Origin: Octopus vulgaris
Taxonomy: Eukaryota
NCBI GenBank assembly: GCA_951406725.2
Contig: OX597824.1
Coordinates: 34,038,001 to 34,102,000 of the forward strand
Direction of reading: 5' to 3'
DNA: 64,000 nt
How positions within the stretch are numbered: the stretch's first letter is position 1; the number at the start of each line of letters is the position of its first letter. A program made the translations under genes and the position numbers. This document shows positions 54,721 to 64,000 of the stretch, piece after piece. The notes beneath the pieces are model-generated. The model saw only the letters and a program-made list of their open reading frames with translations. It was not told where the DNA came from and did not search any database.

Positions 54721-57088
54721 TCTATCTCTTATGATAAAAGGCAGATTTTCTCTGCCTCCCAAACCGCTCATTTTTTATACAATTGTACAATATAGAATTT
54801 CTTCAATTGGAATTTACCTATCATTTTTCCAAGTAGATTCCATTGAGTCATGGCATGTAAAGTTTTTTCAATTTCACCCCCAATTAAGCAAAAATTCGAG
54901 AAAACTCAATATTTTACGATTTTCCTCTTTCATTTCAAGTGCTTCACTCCTACAATTACCACTACACTTTCTCCTCCTTTCTCTTTGCAAGTGTGCAACA
55001 ATTAAAGGGAAAGTATTTATATAAAAGGGATGAGCAATTAATACTGGTCATCCTTTTTGCTAGAGGAAGATCCGCTATGGTCTTATATGCTACACCACTG
55101 GTTTTCAATTCATATTAATCAAATAAATATTCAATTTTTCACCCTTATTATGTGTGTGTGTATTAGCAATTCGTATAAAATTGCATCAATGACTTGAACT
55201 TGAATAAGTGGTTTCACATAAATGGGGATACATTAAAAAGGTTTGTTGTTATTATTATTACTGTTTGACTATTGTAATCATGTTTGTTGGTTCCTCGTCA
55301 GGGAAACGTTGTTGCGTTGCATTTGTTAAATAATTGTAAACCGTAATCCTCCCCCTTTCGGAGAAGGGGCTTTGGTTATTGTTTTAAAATTGAATTGTGT
55401 CCCTGTTTGGGGAAATTGACAATATTTTCACCGTCTTTACGGAAGCATTTTTGTTAAAATACCTTCGATAGAAGAAAGTCCAAAAATAAACTTCGCTGCA
55501 GCCGTACACTTTTATACAAGAGGGAGGACAAGATACAATTGATCGAAATTGCAAGAGACGGGCCTACAATTCCAGTCTGTTATATATTTTGAGTATTGTT
55601 ATCACTAGCGATATCAAGATATAACTTTCTAGTTTGTATTTTATGTGTAGATGTATATATATATAGATGTACATGTAATATGTACACATATATATATATA
55701 CACATATATACATGCATAATATATCTACCCATACACACACACGTATACACACACACACACACATACATAGGGGCAGGTGTGGCTGTGTGGTAACAAACTA
55801 CGTTCGAAGATACTGTACTTGATATGGGTGGTAGTGCCTTGCCGGTCTATGGCCTACCTTCAACAAACCGGGAAGGTACAAACACTCTGTCTTCACATTT
55901 GCTGCGTGAGACATGTTTTAATGTTGACGAGCTTGCCGAGTACATAGCCGACAATGAGCCAAAGCTCCTTCCAGAACAGAAGTTTGCTTACAACTCCGTT
56001 GTTAATTCAGTCCGGGCCAAAGCTGTAGGGATATTTTTCCTGGACGCTGGGAAAACTTTTCTCAACAAATTAATATTGGCTGAGATTAGGCGAACACAAG
56101 GCATTGCCCTAGCTGTGGCATCATCTGGAATTGCGGCTACTTTGTTGCCAGGCGGCAGGACAGCTCACTCCACTTTCAAGCTTCCGCTTGACTTAGCGAA
56201 GACTGAGACACCAACTTGCAACATCAGTAACAGCTCCGATCAGGGAGAAGTCTTCAGACGATGCAAGCTTATCGTTTGGGATGAATGCACGATGGCCCAC
56301 AGAGGTGCTCTTGAGGCACTAGATAGATCTCTCAGAGACATCAAACACTCTTCAGCTCCCATGGGAGGCATAACACTTCTTCTTTCAGGGGACTTCCGAC
56401 AAACACTTCCCGTTATTCCCAAAAGGACTAGAACTGATGCAGTAAGTGCGTGTCTTAAGTCATCCACATTGTGGCCACTGGTGAAGACTCTCAAACTTCA
56501 CACCAATATGCGTGCTCATATGTGACGTAATATCACATCAGCAGCATTTTCTCACACCCTCCTTGCACTTGGCGAAGGCAAAATACCAGGGGATGAAAAT
56601 GGTAATATTGCCATCGATTCCATTTGTACCATTGTTAAAATGCCTTCTGATCTCAGAGATGCAGTGTTCCCAGATGTACAAGCTAATTATCAGAATATGG
56701 ATTGGATTGGCCAAAAGGGCTATTCTGGCCCTGAGGAATAAAACTGTTCACCATATTAATGATGAAATGCTAAAACTCATTCCTGGGGATGTCTATGTAT
56801 ATAAGTCTATCGAGGACGTCATCAACTATCCAATAGAGGTAATCAATTCCTTTGAGCCCCCTGGACTACCACCACACATTCTCAAACTTAAAGTTGGTGC
56901 TCCTATAATGCTCATTAGAAATTTGGTTCCCCCAAAACAATGCAATGGCACACGTTTGATCGTTAAGTCCTTATCTCCCACCGTAAACTTATATCAATAT
57001 TTGCCTGAATAATCATCATAATTCAGTGCAATCATCAACAGTACTTTCAAGCAATTCAGCCCCGAGCATCGCCGGGCAATTCTGCTTG
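54721..57088 (+). mobile_element. Internally deleted Helitron
   Basis: Putative 5' A|TCTATCTCTTATGATAAAAG, PIF1 helicase relic, and 3' hairpin CCCG..CGGG (57061-57076) followed by CTTG|T (degenerate CTAG). The 5' boundary is less certain. Confidence 0.7.
55824..56985 (+). pseudogene. Helitron PIF1-family helicase pseudogene
   Basis: FFLDAGKTF (Walker A missing PGGT), AVASSGIAATLLPGGRTAHSTFKLP, IVWDECTM, GDFRQTLPV, GLPPHILKLKVGAPIMLIRNL..CNGTRL. Frameshifted. Confidence 0.92.
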
Positions 57089-57996
57089 TCTATATATATA
57101 TATATGTATATATGTATGTATGTATATGTATGTATCCAATATATAAATTCTTTCACTGAAAGGACAAGGAAGAATGTAAAAAGATTATTCTTCCTTTCTG
57201 AAACCTGTTTAAAGTAAATATACACAGAATGACAGCAAATATTCATTTCTTAGATTAACGCAAGGCTACAGGTATACAAAAAGGCAGGGAAAAGGAACAG
57301 CATTTATCACAATGCACAAGCAGTACCTATTTTATTTGCTCTTGAAAGTAAAAATTTTTATAATATAAATTCAGGTCAGCGCTCCATCATTTCTGCTTAT
57401 TACCTATTTATCCTTTTGTCCACTTTTGCCACCCAGTATTCTGAAACACTTTTCAGGGTCCCAAAACACTTTTCCATACCTGTATAGGTAGTAAATGTTA
57501 AACTAACCAGATTGCAAAATAAAGCATGATGCCCTGGTAGCTCTATATACTCCACACAGAAAAATCATTGCATGATAGCTTTGTTCCAAATCAGATTGTA
57601 GTATAACATAACAATGTTGTCAGTAACTTGTTTCAAAAACAGGTAAGTTTATTTTAATATGGAGGCAACCTTTTTTTCTTTAAAGAGATGAATGATATTG
57701 GTTTCAAATTTTGGCTCAAGACCAGCAATTTAAGGGGAGGGGTAAGTCAATTATATTGACTCTAGTGCTTGACTGGTACATATTTTATTGGCCCTGAAAG
57801 GATGAAAGGCAAAGTCAACAACGGAGGAATTTAAACTCAATGCCACTAAGCATTTTGTCTGGTGTACTAACATTTCTGCCAGCTTGCCACTTTACATAAA
57901 GATGAATAACATTAGCATAAACTTATTGATACAATACAATGAGATTATTTAAAAAAATGGTCATACTGTTATTAATACAATCCTATGATTTAGCAA

Positions 57997-58380
57997 CATC
58001 ATCATCATCATCATTTAACGTCCGCTTTCCATGCTAGCATGGGTTGGAAGATTTGACTGAGGACTGGTGAACCAGATGGCTGCACCAGGCTCCAATCTGA
58101 TTTGGCAGAGTTTCTACAGTTTCATGCTCTTCCTAATGCCAACCACTCCGAGAGTGTAGTGGGTGCTTTTATGTGCCAACGGCACAAGGGCCAGTCTGGC
58201 GGTACTGGCAACGGTCACGCTTGAAATGGTGTTTTTTACGTACCACCTGCACAGGAGTCAGTCCAGCGGCACTGGCAACGACCTCGCTCGAATGTTTTGT
58301 TCACGTGCCACCGGCTTAAGTGCCAGTAAGGCAATGCTGGTAACAATCATGTTCAAATGGTGCTTTTTACATGCCACATG
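57997..58380 (-). mobile_element. RTE-tail SINE
   Basis: (CAT)n followed by TTTAACGTCCGCTTTCCATGCTAGCATGGGTTGG. Confidence 0.78.
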
Positions 58381-59624
58381 ACCAACAAATATAACAAGCT
58401 AAGTTGAATTAGCAGAAGAGTCGACAAATTTGAAAAAGTGACCACTGAGGAAAATTAAAGGGTTCCAGTTGATCTGATCAATAGAACAGCCTGCTCTTGA
58501 AATTAACATGCAAGTGGTGGAGCACTCCTCAGACACACGAACCCTAAAAGTAGTTCTCAGGGAGATTCAGCATGACACAGAATGTGACAAGGCTGGCTCT
58601 TTGAATTACAGGTACTACTCATGTTTGTTAGTTGAGTGAACTAGAGCACTGTGAAATAAAGTGTTGCTCAAGGACACAATACATGGCCAGGAATTGAACT
58701 CACAACCTTATGATTGTGAACCAAATACCCAAACCACTAAGCCGTGCACCTTCATGTAAGTGTAAATATCTAGCACAAGAGCAAGCTCAGAGCAAGGGAT
58801 TTTAATGTATCTGGTGAATTTCTGAAGCTGTATATCAGACTCATCTAGGAATGCAGAATTACTATCAAACAGTCTCTATGAATAAAACTATTTTTTATAT
58901 TTTTATCTCAACTCAAAGATATCTCCATCAATATTCAGCTCAGACAACAAAAAAATGAGATTTTTGGAATAAGGATTTATTTGGCAATTAATTGGGAAAA
59001 AATGTTCAAGTTTAGGCTCTAAACACAAAATGTCTTTTGAACAATTTATTAACAATATATTTGAGTTTATTTCAAGCAAAGCTAACAAAAAAGTTTGCAG
59101 TTAATTAAATAGTAACAAAAATAAAAATAAACAAATGTAAATAATCAATATGAGTATATAACAGAAACATGTTAAGTGAAAAGAACAAGTTTGGTTTGAT
59201 GTGTATAGTTTGTTCTGGCACATGTGACCAACATTTTTTCTAAAAGCCAAATTTTAGCTAAAACAGACAAATTTTCTAAATATTTGAATTTGTACCATTA
59301 ATGGTCCTAATGGTTGAGAGTAAAAATATTGTTAATACTTGACTCATCTCTGGACCTCTTTTTTCACAAATGATGAATCAACTTGAGTGAAACAGAAGCA
59401 CAGTTTAAAAGAGGATTCCAGCCATTTCAGCCAAACTGTTATGGATTTCTCTTTATTCTTGTTGTTGAGGAACAGTTGCTGAGTAACAGAAAGCTTTGAG
59501 TTTGGATGGATAAGTCTACCTTTAAATTATGTAAACTTCCATTAGTCTATCTCTTGAACTGATAGTCATTCAGGTAAAATGATTTACCCTCTTATTTCAG
59601 TAATTTAACCTAAAAATGCTTTGT

Positions 59625-60005
59625 AGGTGCAGGCATGGATGTGTGGTAAGAAGTTTGCTTCCTAACCATATGGTTCAGGGTTCAGTCCTACTATATGGCA
59701 CCTAGGGTAAATGTCTTCTCCTAGAGCCTCACATCAACCAAAGCTTTGTGAATGGATGTGGTAGACAAGAACTGAAAAAAGTCCATCATGTATACACACA
59801 TGTTGGTATGTGTTTGTTCCTCACCACTGCCCTACAACCGGTGCTGAAGTGTTTAACTTAGCAGTTAGGCAAAAGAGGTCAATAGGATAAATGCCAGGCT
59901 TAAAAGCAAAAATAATTGCTGGGGTTGGTTCATTCAATTAAAATTTTTCAAGGTGTGCCCAACTATGGCTGCAATCTAATGACTGAAACAAGTAAAAGAT
60001 AAAGA
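59625..60005 (+). mobile_element. SINE family A copy (another at ~62230-62530)
   Basis: Similar to 1705-2143. Confidence 0.75.
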
Positions 60006-60225
60006 TAGTATTATAAGGGTTCATTGTATAAATGCATATAACTTATCAAACCAGTTATTGAAAAGAAATCATAATTATTATCTATGACTTTGTTCCTTTC
60101 ATAGAATTTGTCAATACTTAACCAGACAATTTTCTTCCTTACTTTTGGAACAACTAATCAGCTGAGAGATTACATTTATATAAAAGTATTTTTAAACTTG
60201 TAAATTATTATAGTTCGGGGAAAAT

Positions 60226-60700
60226 ACAAGGTGTGTTCCAGAAGTTTTAAGACTTCTTCAGGAGACACATTTATTAATTTCAGAGAAATACAAAACAGTA
60301 ATCGCCATCAGAATAGGATCCTCTCACGTCAATGCACTTATTGTAGTTCTTTGGCCATTTTGTGAAAGCCCCATGGAAGTCCTCCAAAGTGAAAGTGCCC
60401 AGGATCCTTGTCACAGCCTTCTTCATATTTTATGTCTTCTAGGCAACTGCCTCCTGAGATTCTCCTTTGGCTTGTGAACAACCAAAAGTCACAGTGAGCA
60501 AGGTCTAGACTGTAAGGAGGGTTAGCTTCTACATAGTACTCTTTGTGGACTGTCTGGCCCAGTGGATGTAGATGATGCCCTTGCTGTTGAAAGAGGGAAT
60601 CATTATGAGCTCCTCAGTGGACTTGCTTTGCCTGGCCTTCTTAGCTCTAGGGTAACAAGGATGCTTTCACTAGACACTCTGGATCATAGCAGTAGATCCA
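60226..60700 (-). pseudogene. Mariner 3' relic
   Basis: Minus translation PPYSLDLAHCDFWLF (YSPDLAP.DF motif); TIR-like TACAAGGTGTGTTCCAGAAGTTTT at ~60226. Confidence 0.7.
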
Positions 60701-62712
60701 ACTGTCACCACAAGTCACCAGAAACTCAAGTTCTCTTGGATTGGAAGTCATGGGCTCAACCACCTCCCTGCTGCCACCAACATGTCTTTCCTTCTGATCA
60801 TTACTGAACACTTGTGGTGGTGGTGGTGGTGGTGGTGGTTTTGGTGAGTAACAACGTGGCAGCTACATTAATAACATTGTGGAGATTTGCTCACCTTTAT
60901 TTGAAACAAAGGATTTTTTCTCCTCATATTGAAGGACAAAGAATATTAGGTATTTGCTAAAATTGGGATATTGTAGAATAGTGACATGTGTAAAAATGAA
61001 TATGGAAAGTCTTCAGGTTAATTCAAAGTATGTTATGGAAATAGCTGAGGAATTAAAACACGGAAAGAGGTATGCCAATGGCACAAGTAGGATATGAACT
61101 ACAAACTTATGATACTTGCTATATAAAGGTTTATCTCTAGACAGTGTTCCTAAATTCATTTGTACTAAATGCTGCACATCCAATGAATACACAATTAATT
61201 TCTTCTGATAATAGTGTAACCTCTAATTCTATTATACAAGTTTCATTGCTGTTTACTATCACCACCAATGAATCCTAACAACTATGAACTGTAACTACCA
61301 TTTATCTACCTCTGGAACTAATTGTAACATTCAGACAATATCATTTATTTATTCCAATAATTCAACCAAAAAAGTCCTTAGCATTAAATGCTCATTATAT
61401 AAGTGCATATACCTTACCAAACCAGATATACAACACAGACATGCATTAAAAGCCTGGGTGGTAATGCATAATGCTAAAAATACTATTCAAATACTGCTAA
61501 TGAGTCAACCAAATAATCCAAATGGATCACACATAAACCAGCTTAAGACAGACATCACAAGGCAAGAGACAGTGCAGAAATGTTGCCAGAGATAATACTA
61601 ATCTATAATAAAATGCAACATCTTATTCAGAACAAGTTGAAGTAAAAGAGTGTTCTGTTTGTTCCACCTATGATTTTTAGAACTATGGACTATGGTTATG
61701 ATGATAAATGTAAAACAGTTGTTCAATAAATTCCCTCTACTGGCTTGATATTTTTAATAAATGATCTTTTTTAATAACTGATAAACATATCCCTTGTTTG
61801 TCTATATGTAATTATTTAATGGCAGCTTGAACTTGATTGTCAAAAACAAATATCTAGATTCAACAACCCATCTATCTATCTATATATATAAAGATGAGAA
61901 TGTGTGTCTCTCTGTCTGTCTGTGTGAAACTCTAAAACTTGAAAACTACACAACCAATTTCATTCAAATTTTACACATGCCTTACTTAGGGTCCATGTAG
62001 TGTCATAGGCCCCAAAAAGTTTTAATCTCTTGCCTAGTGTGAGCCCAGAGTAATATCATATCTTCTCCACTATTTCAGTATTACATGTCAAAGTGAATAA
62101 TATCTATCTATTTTAATGTCAGATATTTTCACTTTAATACTGAAACTATTAAAGTGAAACTATTATTTCACATATATACAGGCATACATACATACATATA
62201 TACACCCATACACACACACAGAGATACATAGGTGCAGGTGTGGCTGTGTGGTAAGAAACTTGGTTCCAAAATACATGGTCCTGGGTTCTGTCCCACTGTG
62301 TGGTGACTTGTCATGTGTCTTCTGCTTTAGCCTCAGACCAACCAAAGAGTGGATTTCGTAGACAGAAACTGAAAGAAATCAATCGTATATATATGTAAGT
62401 GTATGTGTGTATCTTTGTCTCAGTGTTTCTCCCTCATCACTGCTTCACAGCTGCTGTTCGTTTATTTACATCTCCATAACTTACTGGTTTGACAAGAAGA
62501 AACTGATAGAATAAGTACCAGGCTTATCAAAATAATAAAAAAACACTTGGCAGTGTCTCTTATTTTTGTTTGCCCACTCAGTTGTATCTATCAATTTATC
62601 TTTTTTTTGTGTGTGTATGTGTGTGTGTATGTATATATGTGCAGACATCAGTATATATATAATACACTCACACACACATATATATACATGTATGTGTATG
62701 TGCATATTCATA

Positions 62713-63635
62713 TCTATTATATAAATGTCAATGTCTTTATGTGTGTTTGTGTGTTACTTATACATTCGAAAACTATTGCACCGATCCTAATGAAATTTGG
62801 AACAAAAAATCCAAGCCTAGATAGAAGGGTAATCCTGTGTGTTTCATACAATTTCATGGAGCAAAATTACTGAATGGATCCTTATGATATTTGGATGAGT
62901 GACTGGTTATTCAAAGACATTTATAGATTGTAAATTTATTCTATCCTGTTACCTATCAGTATAGTGGTCAGTTGCAAACTCCAGAGGTGACACTTTCATT
63001 TCTCCTTAGCCCTCATGTCACACAATTGTTAATGTTTATTTGAATTGGGTCATGCCCTTCCAATTGCTATAGATCCATAATGCATCTTACGGCTGTGCTT
63101 GTCATCTGTATGGTGAGGAATCCTACATTGAGAGTGGTACCAACTAGGGTAGGATAGCTGACTGTTTATTGTGATCATTTGTCTTTTGGTTTCCTGTAGC
63201 TTTGCTCTCTTTTACAAACCCAGTGAACATACATATATTTCCTATTTCAAACAAGTTCAAACAATAGATATAAGACCCAAGTTAAAAAGATTCTTAACAA
63301 TTCAACTTCTCTGATTGACATTAAGACACCCACACCCAATAGGGGCCTTAATCCCACATTTTAGAGCTCCATGACCTCCATTTTTCAGGAGCAAAATCCT
63401 TTTAACATGTTCCATAAGACTGAAATTTTGGAATCTGCACATAAAGATAAGTAGTATGGGATACATGTATCATGAATAGAATTTTTTTTAGGGTGTGTAA
63501 AGAGGGAAAGAACCCTCATCTACAATTTTGATGAAATTCAAATGATAGGTATTCCAGTTCATTAGAGAAAATATAACAGAAAAGTCTAATTCTTCAATTG
63601 CATGTAACACGGGCAACGCCAGGTATCTCTGCTAG
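62713..63635 (+). mobile_element. Non-autonomous Helitron
   Basis: 5' A|TCTATTATATAAA.. and 3' ACACGGGCAACGCCAGGT hairpin followed by CTAG|T. A similar 5' end (TCTATCTATATATATAAAG) at ~61875 has no matched 3' end. Confidence 0.7.
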
Positions 63636-64000
63636 TAGCAAATAATTTTCATATTTTTTCTCTCTTACAATATTATTTAGAATAACTATTTTAAAGCTAT
63701 GAAGATTTTTAAGTATGAGCTGTTCTAGTTTGTGTTGCTCTGCTTCATTTCACAGTGTTTCTACTACAGGAAGATGAAGCAAGTCAGTAATTATCTTTCT
63801 ATTTATTCTTCTTTCTCAAACATTCCACTCTACTTTGTCACTCAAGCATACTTGCACTCTAAACTATGCCACATGGTCAAAACCAATGACTACAACTTTC
63901 TTCTTAGTTGCTCTCCTTATTTTATTCACTTTTATTTTTTTTTATCTGCTGGTCTGAATTAGAAGACTAATGCTGACATCCTCTTCCATATTTCTCATAT

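Noticed and set aside
55824-56525. Host PIF1 helicase gene
   Set aside because: It is intronless, frameshifted, lacks the Walker A core and is followed by a Helitron 3' hairpin.
57404-57479. Possible minus-strand exon (MEKCFGTLKSVSEYWVAKVDKRIN)
   Set aside because: Splice signals are only moderate, there is no recognisable homology and no linked exon.

Overview
AT-rich eukaryotic, repeat-dominated DNA, most likely intronic or intergenic. The dense (TA)n/(TATG)n/(CA)n tracts and the recurring SINE families suggest a cephalopod (Octopus-like) genome; this is inference. No complete host gene is visible, only one plausible 63-nt exon. Most 'YIYI' ORFs in the track are microsatellite artefacts. 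Recognisable transposon relics: a CR1-group LINE RT, an L1/Tx1-like 5' half split by a full-length mariner, RTE fragments, Tigger/pogo, Tc1 and mariner pieces, Helitrons (one with a PIF1 helicase) and two decayed Penelope-like (RT/GIY-YIG) ORFs. The main signal is a set of sequence-unrelated non-coding elements, most abutting (TA)n tracts. They are built as head-to-head palindromes or tandem-plus-inverted copies and carry minimal type I hammerhead ribozyme motifs. The motifs have short, near-palindromic stem III and three covarying 3-8 core pairs (C3-G8, U3-A8, G3-C8). One ~204-bp copy has a 15-bp target-site duplication, and several inversion breakpoints fall in ribozyme stem/loop II. This looks like a diverse Penelope-derived, retrozyme-like system. 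Folds were assigned by eye and cleavage is untested.
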